A stretch of DNA of 64,000 nucleotides, from assembly GCA_044347515.1 (NCBI GenBank), contig JBIKUO010000003.1, positions 40,558 through 104,557 of the forward strand, in the 5' to 3' direction. Position 1 is the first letter of the stretch, and each line of letters starts with the position of its first letter. Position numbers and translations under genes: made by a program. Shown in pieces: positions 28,843-38,465 of this stretch. Source of the DNA: Crocinitomicaceae bacterium (GTDB taxonomy: Bacteria > Bacteroidota > Bacteroidia > Flavobacteriales_D > Crocinitomicaceae). The notes under the pieces are model-generated. The model worked only from the letters and a program-made list of their open reading frames with translations. It was not told where the DNA came from and did no database searches.

Positions 28843-29330
28843 CGATTTAATTCAATCAATTCCAGGTCTTTACATTTCCCCATTTCAATAGTAAATCTAA
28901 GTAAGGTTCGTGCCTTGTGAAATCCTTTTATGCCACAAGCGCCCGGATTCATCCATAGGAGGTTTCGTTCCTTAACATATTTAACCAAGGTGATGTGTGA
29001 ATGCCCGCAAATGAATAGACCTGGTTTTTCTAGCGCTATAAGTTCTTTGATGGAATCTGCTAATTTTTCGGGACGACCCGCAATGTGCGTAATACAGACT
29101 TTGAGTCCTTCGATTTCAAAGCTTTCCAAAACCTTTGTTTCATTCCTTAGTGTTGCCCCATCTATATTTCCGTATACCACCCGGCACGGTTTCATCGTTC
29201 TGATTTTATCTAATACGGCCAAGGTTCCAATGTCTCCTGCGTGCCAAATTTCATCAACATCTGCTAAGTACGTGCAGACATCAGCGCCCAGATAGCCGTG
29301 TGTATCTGAAATTAATCCGATGCGTTTCAT
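28803..29330 (-). CDS. Metallophosphoesterase (YfcE/MJ0936 family)
   Basis: Motifs ISDTHG, HAGD, GNID, GHSH. Confidence 0.85.
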   Translation of the reverse strand: MKRIGLISDTHGYLGADVCTYLADVDEIWHAGDIGTLAVLDKIRTMKPCRVVYGNIDGATLRNETKVLESFEIEGLKVCITHIAGRPEKLADSIKELIALEKPGLFICGHSHITLVKYVKERNLLWMNPGACGIKGFHKARTLLRFTIEMGKCKDLELIELNRYPAHEDNQALAE

Positions 29331-29334
29331 TCGC

Positions 29335-31086
29335 TTAAGCCTGATCTTCGTTTAACTGTTGAAGGTAAGTTTCATAGTACGCTCCTTTCAGCTTCATTAG
29401 TTCTTCTGGACTTCCCATCTCCATGATTTCTCCATCTTCCAAGACAATGATTTGTTCGCAATTCCGTAAGGTTGAGATTCGATGGCTTACCATGACAATA
29501 CTTGGAGCATGGGGGAGTAGGCGCAGTTCATTCAGGATAATCTCTTCAGTCTCCGTATCAACTGCGGAAAGGCAGTCATCCATGAGTAATAACCTTGGAT
29601 TTCTAATCAAGGCTCGGGCAATGCTGATTCGCTGTTTTTGTCCGCCACTTAAATTAACGCCAAGTTCTCCAAGTTGAGTATCCAATCGGTCCGGAAATTC
29701 TTCTATGTTATGCCATACATGCGATCGGGTAAGCGCACTAATAATTGCTTCATCTGTAACGTGCTCATGCGCTCCAAAGGCCACATTATTTCTAATAGTA
29801 TCAGAAAATAAAAAAACTTCTTGCGGAACTACGGCGATTTGCGAGCGAAAATCCTGTAAATTAATGGTGTTAAGCGCTTGTTGGTTGATGTGTATAACCC
29901 CTTCATTGGGATCAAATTGTCGTCCGATTAAGTGCAATATGCTTGATTTTCCACTTCCCGTTTTACCTAAGATTCCCAAATGCTGACCGGATTTAATCAC
30001 AAAATTCACGTCTTTAAGAGCCTTTATACCCGTATTTGAATACGTAAAACTCACATCTTTGAACTCAATATCACCGCGTAAGTCGAAGGCCTCTTCGCTT
30101 GGATTGACAATGCTTGGCTTTGTATTTAAAAACTCGTTGATGCGTTGTTGTGAAGCCTCTGCGCGCTGTATAATGGAAGTTACCCAACCGATGGAAACGA
30201 AAGGCCAAGTTAAATTGTTGACGTAAAAAATGAACGCTACAATTCCTCCTAAGCTAAGCTGATGCGTTTCTGTCAATAACCCACCAACATAGATTACAAG
30301 CAAGGTGCTTAATCCAATAAGTAACATAATGGTTGGCATGAATAAGGCGTTAATTAAAACGAGTTTCATGCTTTTTTCTCGGTATGAATTCGCTGCACGC
30401 TCCATTCGGTCACTGCTTGGGCCAAACTGGCTGTACGCTTTAATTAAGCGGATACCGGAAAATGTTTCTTGTGCGAGGGTTGATATATGGGATTGCTCTT
30501 CTTGTACACTTTTACTTGCCTTGTTGATTTTGTTGGATACTTTATAAATGATTAAGGACATGAATGGTAATGGGATAAGCGCGAATAGTGTGAGTTTTCC
30601 ACTGATTTGTGCCATTTGATATAAGCTGAAAATAGTAAGAACCAGCAGGTTAATGGTATACATCACACCTGGTCCAAGATACATGCGAACTTGGCCAACA
30701 TCTTCCGAGATTCGGTTCATTAAGTCGCCAATGCGATTTCGTTTGTAAAAATCGGTATCTAAGGTTTGGTAATGCGTGTAAATAGCTTGCTTTAAATCGA
30801 ATTCAATCCAGCGTGACATGACAATGATGGTTTGACGCATCAAGAACAGAAAAAAACCTTTAGTAGCAGAAAGTAATAAATACAGTCCTCCAATCTTAAA
30901 GGACAACCACAGCGCATCGTTTAATTGGGTGCTTACGCCGGTTTTTTGCAAGCCGTCGATTGAAACTTGCACATACTTAGGCATTTTAACTGCAAAGTAA
31001 TTACTAATGACCGTAAAGATGATTCCTAATAAGAATCGCCATTTGTAGGTGATAAAATATTTGTTCAAACTCCGTAGAGACTTCAT
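29335..31086 (-). CDS. ABC transporter permease/ATP-binding fusion protein (MsbA-like exporter)
   Basis: Six-TM N-terminal half, Walker A GKTGSGKS, signature LSGGQKQR, Walker B LLLMDD. Confidence 0.88.
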   Translation of the reverse strand: MKSLRSLNKYFITYKWRFLLGIIFTVISNYFAVKMPKYVQVSIDGLQKTGVSTQLNDALWLSFKIGGLYLLLSATKGFFLFLMRQTIIVMSRWIEFDLKQAIYTHYQTLDTDFYKRNRIGDLMNRISEDVGQVRMYLGPGVMYTINLLVLTIFSLYQMAQISGKLTLFALIPLPFMSLIIYKVSNKINKASKSVQEEQSHISTLAQETFSGIRLIKAYSQFGPSSDRMERAANSYREKSMKLVLINALFMPTIMLLIGLSTLLVIYVGGLLTETHQLSLGGIVAFIFYVNNLTWPFVSIGWVTSIIQRAEASQQRINEFLNTKPSIVNPSEEAFDLRGDIEFKDVSFTYSNTGIKALKDVNFVIKSGQHLGILGKTGSGKSSILHLIGRQFDPNEGVIHINQQALNTINLQDFRSQIAVVPQEVFLFSDTIRNNVAFGAHEHVTDEAIISALTRSHVWHNIEEFPDRLDTQLGELGVNLSGGQKQRISIARALIRNPRLLLMDDCLSAVDTETEEIILNELRLLPHAPSIVMVSHRISTLRNCEQIIVLEDGEIMEMGSPEELMKLKGAYYETYLQQLNEDQA

Positions 31087-31099
31087 GGGATTTATTTTC

Positions 31100-31107
31100 T
31101 ATTTTTG
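31100..31107 (+). promoter_or_regulatory. Bacteroidota -7 promoter box (TATTTTTG)
   Basis: Exact TAnnTTTG match 59 nt upstream of the ATG at 31167. Confidence 0.4.
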
Positions 31108-31166
31108 CCGTCGAAACTGGTACAAAGGTACTATTTAAATAAACGTTTCTAATTCAATTTTAAGGC

Positions 31167-32255
31167 ATGAATACAACCAACTCAATTTCAGCATCAACGA
31201 GCGTTGATGGTATTTTGGTTCAACTAACAAAAATGGGGCACGAACAAGTGCTTTTTTGTAATGATGCTAAAACAGGACTTAAAGCAATAATCGCTGTACA
31301 TAATACAGTTCTTGGACCGGCACTAGGAGGAACGCGTATGTGGATGTACAACAATGAAGCGGATGCATTGAATGATGTGTTGCGCTTGTCCCGCGGAATG
31401 ACCTACAAGAATTCTATTTCTGGGTTGGATTTAGGGGGCGGAAAAGCCGTGATTATCGGTGATTCCCGAACTATGAAGTCTGAAGCTTTATTAAGAAGGT
31501 TTGGCCAGTTTGTTAATAGCCTATCCGGAAAATATATTACCGCAGAGGATATGGGGATTTCTCCGGAAGATATGGTTCATGTCAGTAAAGAAACAAATTA
31601 TGTCGTTGGTTTACCGGGTAAAAGCGGCGACCCATCTCCAGTAACCGCATATGGTGTGTACATGGGTATGAAAGCGTGTGCAAAGATGCAATTTGGAACC
31701 GATAGCTTGGAAGGAAAGACAGTTGCTGTTCAGGGCGTAGGGCATGTTGGTCAATATTTGGTAAAACATTTAACATCGGAAGGCGCTAAGGTTTTTATAA
31801 CGGATATTCATGAAGCTACCTTAAGAAACGTAGCGGATACGTATGGGGCGACTGTAGTAGCACCTGGTGATATATATGATGTGCCGATGGACATTTATGC
31901 ACCATGCGCTATGGGTGCTACCATAAATGATGATACTTTGGCTCGCTTGTCTTGCAGCATTATTTCAGGTGCAGCAAATAACCAGTTAGCGGAAGAGCAA
32001 AAACACGGTATGGCAGTTATGGATAAAGGAATCTTGTATGCTCCGGATTATGCGATCAATGCAGGAGGAGTTATCAATTGTTTTTCCGAGGTTTCTGGTA
32101 TGAGTTTAGACTGGGCACACACGAAGGCCGAAGAAATTTATCAAACGATTTATCAGATTTTGGAACGATCCAAAAATGAAGGGGTTCCGGCCTACCAAAT
32201 CGCAAATCGAATGGCTGAAGAACGAATAGAACGTAAAGGGGGGTTGAATTTATAA
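31167..32255 (+). CDS. Leu/Phe/Val dehydrogenase (Glu/Leu/Phe/Val dehydrogenase family)
   Basis: Catalytic-Lys region LDLGGGKAVI and Rossmann motif VQGVGHVG. The ~360-aa length is typical of leucine dehydrogenase. Confidence 0.85.
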   Translation: MNTTNSISASTSVDGILVQLTKMGHEQVLFCNDAKTGLKAIIAVHNTVLGPALGGTRMWMYNNEADALNDVLRLSRGMTYKNSISGLDLGGGKAVIIGDSRTMKSEALLRRFGQFVNSLSGKYITAEDMGISPEDMVHVSKETNYVVGLPGKSGDPSPVTAYGVYMGMKACAKMQFGTDSLEGKTVAVQGVGHVGQYLVKHLTSEGAKVFITDIHEATLRNVADTYGATVVAPGDIYDVPMDIYAPCAMGATINDDTLARLSCSIISGAANNQLAEEQKHGMAVMDKGILYAPDYAINAGGVINCFSEVSGMSLDWAHTKAEEIYQTIYQILERSKNEGVPAYQIANRMAEERIERKGGLNL

Positions 32256-32258
32256 TTT

Positions 32259-33206
32259 ATGCTAAATAGAAGGCATTTACGGATAAAAGTATTGCAGTTG
32301 CTCTATGCACATTTTCAGAGCAATGAACAGGATTTTATTAAAACAGACAAAGAACTGAATGTTTCTTTGGATCGGATGTACGACATGTATTTATACCTGT
32401 TATTAACGTTCGAGCAATTGAATCGTGCGGCAGAAAATAAAATGGAGGATCGTAAGAAAAAGTTGCGACCTACATCTGAAGATTTAAATCCGAACATGCG
32501 TTTTGTTGATAATCAATTAGTTAATCAACTTTCGAATTCAGAAGAATTACATGAGATTGTCAAAAAACGAAAGGTGAATTGGATGGGCGCGGAGGCTCAA
32601 GAAATGTTTCGTAAAATGTTCAATTCCGTTTTGGAATCTGAAGCGTATGTGCTTTATATGAATAATGAAGAATCGGGATACGAAATTGATCGTAACTTTA
32701 TGCTTCAACTGTTCAAAGATTCTGTTGCAAATTCACCATGGCTTTATAACTTTTTCGACGAAAAGAGCATTTATTGGATGGATGATTTGGATTTATGTTG
32801 TTCGATGGTACTAAAATCCATAAAAACTATGAATCCAGGGGAGGATTTCATTCCGATGCCCTTATACAAGGATCCTGCCGATGAATCTACTTTTGTGCAT
32901 GATTTGTTGCGTAAGACAATTCAAAACAATGCCGAGTATGACGTCCTCATTACAGAAATGGTGGACAATTGGGAGACGGAGCGGATCGCAAAAATGGACT
33001 TAGTGCTGCTCAAAATGGGAATTACAGAATTATTATACTTTCAAAGTATTCCATCCAAGGTTACTTTAAATGAATATATTGAGATTTCGAAATTCTATAG
33101 TACTCCAAAAAGTAATATCTTTATCAATGGAATTTTAGATAAAATTGTTGAGAAGTTTAAGGCAGAAAAACGCCTTGTTAAAACCGGAAGAGGATTATTA
33201 GATTAA
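32259..33206 (+). CDS. nusB: Transcription antitermination factor NusB (long Bacteroidota form)
   Basis: N-terminus RRHLRIKVLQLLYA and a C-terminal NusB core (ERIAKMDLVLLKMGITELLYF...TLNEYIEISKFYSTPKS..FINGILD). Confidence 0.8.
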   Translation: MLNRRHLRIKVLQLLYAHFQSNEQDFIKTDKELNVSLDRMYDMYLYLLLTFEQLNRAAENKMEDRKKKLRPTSEDLNPNMRFVDNQLVNQLSNSEELHEIVKKRKVNWMGAEAQEMFRKMFNSVLESEAYVLYMNNEESGYEIDRNFMLQLFKDSVANSPWLYNFFDEKSIYWMDDLDLCCSMVLKSIKTMNPGEDFIPMPLYKDPADESTFVHDLLRKTIQNNAEYDVLITEMVDNWETERIAKMDLVLLKMGITELLYFQSIPSKVTLNEYIEISKFYSTPKSNIFINGILDKIVEKFKAEKRLVKTGRGLLD

Positions 33207-33210
33207 ACAT

Positions 33211-33600
33211 ATGAAGAATATAATTGCATTATTGGCTATCGCGCTCTTATTTGCTTGTTCTAGCGAAGGAGATTCCGTTGAAATTGGTGAAAAAACATCC
33301 CTAGAAGTGAACGACGTTTATGATGCGGGTACTGTAGTTAAAGGAGAAGTAATTCGCGCAGTATTTACGGTTAAGAATACCGGAGATCACCCCTTGGTTT
33401 TTGGTGAGGTTCGTCCTTCGTGTTCTTGCACCGTTGCGGATAAGCCATCTGAACCTATTCAGCCTGGAGAGTCAACTAAAATTATTGCTAAAGTTAATAC
33501 AGCCAATGTATCTTCGAAAGAAGTTACAAAGTCAGTAACGATAATGACGAATACAACACCGTCTACTAAAGTGTTGATCATAAAAGCTAAAATAAAATAA
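33211..33600 (+). CDS. DUF1573 domain lipoprotein
   Basis: Lipobox LLFACSS. GTVVKGEVIRAVFTVKNTGDHPLVF...PSCSCT is the DUF1573 pattern. Confidence 0.8.
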   Translation: MKNIIALLAIALLFACSSEGDSVEIGEKTSLEVNDVYDAGTVVKGEVIRAVFTVKNTGDHPLVFGEVRPSCSCTVADKPSEPIQPGESTKIIAKVNTANVSSKEVTKSVTIMTNTTPSTKVLIIKAKIK

Positions 33601-33601
33601 C

Positions 33602-33886
33602 ATGGGAGGAGGAAGTTCAATGAGTTCGTTGATTATGATTGTTGCAATGATTGCAATTTTCTATTTGTTTATGATACGACCACAAGCTAAGAAACAGAAA
33701 GAACTTAAAAAGTTCCGAGAAGCAATGAAGCCAGGAGATAAAGTAGTTACCATTGGTGGAATCCACGGTAAAATATTAGAAATAGCAGAATCTACGGTTT
33801 TGATTTCTTCTGAAGGTACTAAAATACGCCTAGAGAAAAGTGCAATTTCCCAATCCGGTGAAGACCAATTGTCAGCTGTAAAATAA
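33602..33886 (+). CDS. yajC: Preprotein translocase subunit YajC
   Basis: A single TM helix then FYLFMIRPQAKKQKE...GDKVVTIGGIHGKI, the YajC signature. Confidence 0.9.
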   Translation: MGGGSSMSSLIMIVAMIAIFYLFMIRPQAKKQKELKKFREAMKPGDKVVTIGGIHGKILEIAESTVLISSEGTKIRLEKSAISQSGEDQLSAVK

Positions 33887-33887
33887 T

Positions 33888-34163
33888 ATGAAAAATCTGT
33901 TCTTTGTAGCACTTGCACTGGTCGTACTTAGCTCATGTAAATCCAAGGTTTGTGAATGTGCAGACATTCACATTAAAGCCGTGAAAGAAATTAATGGGGT
34001 TTCAGATCCAGTCCAGAAAATGAAGGTTCTATCCTTGAAAAAATATCAGGTCCCTTTTGAGAAATGTAATAAAATGACCGAAGGCATGACTCCAGAAGAG
34101 TTAAAGGACTTTGAAGAAGAGTATAAACAATGTCCTTCTGTAAAGGAGTACAAAGGGAAATAA
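33888..34163 (+). CDS. Small Cys-containing lipoprotein, unknown function
   Basis: Signal/lipobox LVVLSSCKS. 91 aa. Last gene of the nusB-DUF1573-yajC string. Confidence 0.5.
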   Translation: MKNLFFVALALVVLSSCKSKVCECADIHIKAVKEINGVSDPVQKMKVLSLKKYQVPFEKCNKMTEGMTPEELKDFEEEYKQCPSVKEYKGK

Positions 34164-34183
34164 TTACAAAAAGTTCTATGAAC

Positions 34184-34216
34184 AAAAAAAAACGCAAGCT
34201 TCCTTGCGTTTTTTTG
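34184..34216. terminator. Bidirectional rho-independent terminator between convergent genes
   Basis: Stem AACGCAAG (34191..34198) pairs with CTTGCGTT (34203..34210) across a 4-nt loop. It is flanked by an A-run upstream and a T-run downstream. Confidence 0.85.
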
Positions 34217-34233
34217 TTTAAATACGAATGAAA

Positions 34234-34527
34234 TTACATTCCCATTACTTCCTTAATGCAATCTGCTCCAATTTTCTCCGCGCCCTTTAAATCTTTATCG
34301 GCAGCATCAAGATTTTCAAATTGATTTTCCATTTTTAACATCGCGCAATCAACCCATTTGTTTGTATTTTCTTTTCCAAAGATTTTGTCAAGTTGTGAAC
34401 GTTGTTTTTCAAATTGAGAACGAAGTTGAGTTTTATCTTCATCGCTCCAGTTTCCTTTGGTACTTCCATTGCAAGAATAGCTGAGAAACAACAATGAAGC
34501 AGCCGATAGAATAATTAATTTTTTCAT
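34234..34527 (-). CDS. Small lipoprotein, unknown function
   Basis: Signal peptide plus lipobox (LFLSYSCNG); 97 aa. Confidence 0.5.
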   Translation of the reverse strand: MKKLIILSAASLLFLSYSCNGSTKGNWSDEDKTQLRSQFEKQRSQLDKIFGKENTNKWVDCAMLKMENQFENLDAADKDLKGAEKIGADCIKEVMGM

Positions 34528-34573
34528 AGTTATATTGGTTTTAATTTTTTTTAAAAATAAGGAAAAATATGGG

Positions 34574-35977
34574 CTAGAATACCTTGCTGTCTAATAAGTA
34601 CAAAAAAGCTGATATCGATGCGGCACCCAGTTCCAATTCTCGTTTGTTAACGGATTCAAATACATCGCTGTCCGCGTGATGAAAATCAAAGTAACGTTGA
34701 GAGTCTGGGACAAATCCAAACAAGGTAATGTCTTTAAATTCGTTTTTTAATGGACCAATATCCACACCGCCGCCACCTTTTTCCCAAATATGAAGATCGT
34801 ATGGTTTGAATAAAGGTTCTAATGCGGTGAATTTAGCATATACCGAATCATTTCCATCACATCCAAAGCCTCTCGGTGTAAAACCACCACGATCACTTTC
34901 TAATGCGGCAATGTGTGTCTCGTTCTTCTCTTTTACCCATTTCGCGTAACTTTTTCCACCCATATTCCCATTTTCTTCATTCATGAAAAATACAACGCGC
35001 AAGGTGTGTTCGGGTTTATATCCTAGGGTTTTTAATATGCGTAATGCCTCCAGGCAATGAATCACTCCGGCGCCGTCATCGTGTGCTCCTTCTCCCTGGT
35101 CCCATGAGTCTAAATGACCTCCGATAGTAATGATTTCATTGGGGAATTTTAATCCTTTTAATTCACCAATCACGTTGAATGATGGTTCATTCGGAAAGTT
35201 CCGACAATCCATCTCCAAGGTTAATTTGATAATTGACTTCTTCTCTTGGAGGATGGAACTTCCTAGTAAGGAGGCCAAGTAATCTGAATCTTTGGTAGAT
35301 AAGGCGGCAGCAGGAATTCTCGGAATACTATCTTCATACTTCATACTTCCGGTATGTGGAAAATCATCACTCGGCAATCCAAGCGATCTAATTATTACAG
35401 CCTTTGCGCCAAGTCTTCCGCCTTCTATTGCACCATTCCCGCGAATAGGGTAGCAGGCCCCGTATGCTTTGAATGTTTGGATTTCAGCAGCATTCATCGC
35501 TTGATTGATGAAGACAATCTTGCCTTCGACTGAACGACGGTTTGCTTTTTTTAAGTCGTCTAGGTGGTTGAAAAGTACGAGCTCACCTTCCAATACGCCG
35601 TTCGTGGAAACAGACCCACCCAAGGCACACAAAGTGAGTTTTTCAATGCTTCCATTGGGTAAGGTTATCCACGCCGTTTCAGGATTTCCGCGTTCCCAAT
35701 GCGGGACCATAATCGGCTCTAGGTATACCTGATCGAATCCGTAATTCCGCATTTTTTGTTCTGACCATCGAATCGACATCGCAGCTTCCGAGCTTCCAGA
35801 TAGCCTTGGACCTATGTCTTTACAAAGAGACCTTAGGTCTTCATAAGCCTTTCCCCGTAACAAGGCTTCATCGTATATTTTACGAATAAAAAGGCTGTCT
35901 TTTTGCGCATTCGATTGGGCGTAAAGAAATAGCACGATTAAGCCCGTTAGCAGTTGTTTTATGTGTTGTTGTCCCAC
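34574..35977 (-). CDS. M28 family metallopeptidase (aminopeptidase) with PA-like insert
   Basis: Zinc-ligand regions GGHLDSWDQGEGAHDDGAG, NEENG and FHHADSD. GTG start. Confidence 0.85.
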   Translation of the reverse strand: MGQQHIKQLLTGLIVLFLYAQSNAQKDSLFIRKIYDEALLRGKAYEDLRSLCKDIGPRLSGSSEAAMSIRWSEQKMRNYGFDQVYLEPIMVPHWERGNPETAWITLPNGSIEKLTLCALGGSVSTNGVLEGELVLFNHLDDLKKANRRSVEGKIVFINQAMNAAEIQTFKAYGACYPIRGNGAIEGGRLGAKAVIIRSLGLPSDDFPHTGSMKYEDSIPRIPAAALSTKDSDYLASLLGSSILQEKKSIIKLTLEMDCRNFPNEPSFNVIGELKGLKFPNEIITIGGHLDSWDQGEGAHDDGAGVIHCLEALRILKTLGYKPEHTLRVVFFMNEENGNMGGKSYAKWVKEKNETHIAALESDRGGFTPRGFGCDGNDSVYAKFTALEPLFKPYDLHIWEKGGGGVDIGPLKNEFKDITLFGFVPDSQRYFDFHHADSDVFESVNKRELELGAASISAFLYLLDSKVF

Positions 35978-35988
35978 GATAATTTCTT

Positions 35989-35996
35989 AATTTTGC
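35989..35996 (+). promoter_or_regulatory. Bacteroidota -7 promoter box (TAATTTTG) for ychF
   Basis: Exact TAnnTTTG match 58 nt upstream of the ATG at 36055. Confidence 0.4.
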
Positions 35997-36054
35997 GTAA
36001 TATTATATATATTTTATCAACCATGACAATGCGAGTTGTCAAAATAGTTTCTTT

Positions 36055-37152
36055 ATGTCATTGAAGTGTGGAATTGTAGGGCTTCCTAATGTTGGGAAAT
36101 CAACCTTGTTTAATTGTTTATCGAATGCGAAAGCACAATCTGCGAATTTTCCTTTTTGTACGATCGAACCAAACATCGGAACCACCTCGGTTCCGGATCC
36201 ACGATTGGAGAAACTAGAAACCATGGTAAATCCCGAACGCGTAGTGCCTGCAACCATGGAAATTGTGGATATTGCTGGTTTAGTAAAAGGAGCATCCAAA
36301 GGTGAAGGACTAGGTAATCAGTTCTTAGCGAATATTAGAGAAACGGATGCTATCCTTCATGTGCTTCGTTGCTTTGATGATGGAAATATTGTGCACGTGG
36401 ATGGCAACGTAAACCCAATTCGTGATAAGGAAATAATTGATATTGAACTACAGCTGAAAGACCTAGAAACGATCGAGAAGAAAATTCAAAGTTTAGCCCG
36501 GGTTATTAAGTCCGGTGATAAAGATGCAGTGAAAGAAAACGAATTAGCGCTCAAAATTAAGGAAGGTCTTGAACAAAGTATTTCTGTACGAGGTTTAGGT
36601 TTCGATGCAAGTGATATGGAAGTGATTAAAGGGTTTAATTTGATTACTTCTAAACCGGTCATGTATGTGTGCAACGTAGACGAGGCCTCTGTGCTTTCAG
36701 GTAACGCGTATGTTGACCAGGTTCGAGCGGCGGTAGCCAATGAGAACGCTGAAGTACTTATTATCGGAGCAAAAATCGAAGCGGACATTACAGAACTTGA
36801 AACGTACGACGAGCGTAAGATGTTTTTGGATGAGCTTGGACTTGATGAGCCAGGTGTTAATCGCTTAATTCGTTCAGCCTATGCCTTACTTAATCTACAA
36901 ACGTATTTCACCGCGGGTGTAAAAGAAGTTCGTGCATGGACTATTCATAAAGGATCTACTGCACCACAAGCAGCCGGTGTAATTCACTCTGACTTTGAAA
37001 AAGGCTTTATTCGTGCAGAAGTAATGAAATACGATGACTATGTAAATTATGGTTCCGAATCTGCTGTTAAAGAAGCAGGAAAATTTAAAGTAGAAGGGAA
37101 AGAGTATGTGGTTGCCGACGGTGACATCATGCACTTTAGATTTAATGTATAA
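36055..37152 (+). CDS. ychF: Redox-regulated ATPase YchF
   Basis: GIVGLPNVGKSTLFN P-loop, a coiled-coil insert and a C-terminal TGS-like DGDIMHFRFNV. Confidence 0.95.
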   Translation: MSLKCGIVGLPNVGKSTLFNCLSNAKAQSANFPFCTIEPNIGTTSVPDPRLEKLETMVNPERVVPATMEIVDIAGLVKGASKGEGLGNQFLANIRETDAILHVLRCFDDGNIVHVDGNVNPIRDKEIIDIELQLKDLETIEKKIQSLARVIKSGDKDAVKENELALKIKEGLEQSISVRGLGFDASDMEVIKGFNLITSKPVMYVCNVDEASVLSGNAYVDQVRAAVANENAEVLIIGAKIEADITELETYDERKMFLDELGLDEPGVNRLIRSAYALLNLQTYFTAGVKEVRAWTIHKGSTAPQAAGVIHSDFEKGFIRAEVMKYDDYVNYGSESAVKEAGKFKVEGKEYVVADGDIMHFRFNV

Positions 37153-37191
37153 TTCCTTATTTTCTAGTATCAATATCTTATTTCAATCGCT

Positions 37192-38463
37192 ATGATTTCA
37201 GCAAATAATCCCGACTTAGTTTCTTGGATAAACGTAAACGAAGATTCCGATTTTCCAATTCAAAACATCCCCTTTGGTGTTGGCTTTCTCGTACAAGATG
37301 AGCCCTTTGTGGCCACTCGAATAGGCGATAAGATCATTAACCTCTCGGCATTGAACGACAAAGGGTACTTTAAAGAACTTGGATTTCAATCGGCAGACTT
37401 TAATTGTTCATCCTTAAATGCGCTCATGAAATACGGTAAATTACCCCTAAGGAATTTACGAAATCGAATTTCATCGCTGTTTGCTCAAGGAAATATGGAA
37501 TTGCAAGGACATGACGAAGACTGTATGGAAGTGCTTTATTCTGCAGATCGCGTACAACTCTTGCTTCCTGTAGCCATTGGAGATTACACGGATTTTTATT
37601 CCAGTAAAGAACACGCTACCAATGTTGGGATGATGTTTAGAGACCCAGCAAATGCCTTACTTCCGAATTGGTTATGGTTACCGGTTGGATATCATGGGAG
37701 ATCAAGTTCCATCATTACCTCTGAGGTTCCCGTGGTAAGACCTAAAGGACAAACTAAAGTGGAAGGAGAAAACCCTAAATTCGAGGCTTCTGCCCGCATT
37801 GATTTTGAATTAGAAATGGGATTCTACACCTTTGATGGAAAACCCCTAGGAGAACGAATCTCAACTGCTGAAGCCGAAGATTTCATTTTTGGATTAAGCC
37901 TGTTCAATGATTGGTCTGCCAGAGATATTCAACAGTGGGAGTATGTTCCGCTAGGTCCTTTTTTAGCAAAGAATTTCGCGTCTTCAATTTCGCCTTGGAT
38001 TATTACCTTGGATGCACTTCAGCCCTTCGCGGTTGATACGCCGGTTCAAGAACCCGAAGTGTTGTCGTATTTGAAATTTGAAGGAAAGAAATCCTATGAC
38101 ATTAATTTAGAAGTATTTATTCAACCAAAGGATGGAGCAGAAGATCGCGTGTGCTTATCTAATTTCAAATACATGTATTGGAATATGGCCCAGCAATTGG
38201 CGCATCATACGGTAAATGGCTGTAATATTCGCTGCGGGGATTTAATGGGATCGGGTACGATTTCAGGACCTACACCGGATTCTTACGGTTCTATGCTTGA
38301 ATTAGCATGGAAAGGAACAAAACCACTTACCTTGAGCGATGGTTCGCAGCGTAAGTTTATTCAAGATTATGATACCGTAATCATGAAAGGACATTGCACG
38401 AATGGGAATGTGCGCATTGGCTTCGGTGAGGTAAGAACACAATTGCTTCCTGCAATAGATTAG
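37192..38463 (+). CDS. fahA: Fumarylacetoacetase
   Basis: 423 aa. The N-terminal FPIQNIPFGV domain and the FAH-fold core (GDYTDFYSS, NDWSARDIQ.WEY.PLGPF) are present. Confidence 0.88.
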   Translation: MISANNPDLVSWINVNEDSDFPIQNIPFGVGFLVQDEPFVATRIGDKIINLSALNDKGYFKELGFQSADFNCSSLNALMKYGKLPLRNLRNRISSLFAQGNMELQGHDEDCMEVLYSADRVQLLLPVAIGDYTDFYSSKEHATNVGMMFRDPANALLPNWLWLPVGYHGRSSSIITSEVPVVRPKGQTKVEGENPKFEASARIDFELEMGFYTFDGKPLGERISTAEAEDFIFGLSLFNDWSARDIQQWEYVPLGPFLAKNFASSISPWIITLDALQPFAVDTPVQEPEVLSYLKFEGKKSYDINLEVFIQPKDGAEDRVCLSNFKYMYWNMAQQLAHHTVNGCNIRCGDLMGSGTISGPTPDSYGSMLELAWKGTKPLTLSDGSQRKFIQDYDTVIMKGHCTNGNVRIGFGEVRTQLLPAID

Positions 38464-38465
38464 TT

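Noticed and set aside
33888-34527. Small Cys-containing lipoproteins (also 58233..58418) as a paralogous family or toxin-like peptides
   Set aside because: Similarity is limited to the lipobox and a few Cys residues. That is too weak to claim homology without alignment statistics.
36039-36305. Three short ORFs (both strands) at the 5-prime end of ychF
   Set aside because: All overlap the highly conserved YchF P-loop coding region. They are shadow frames.
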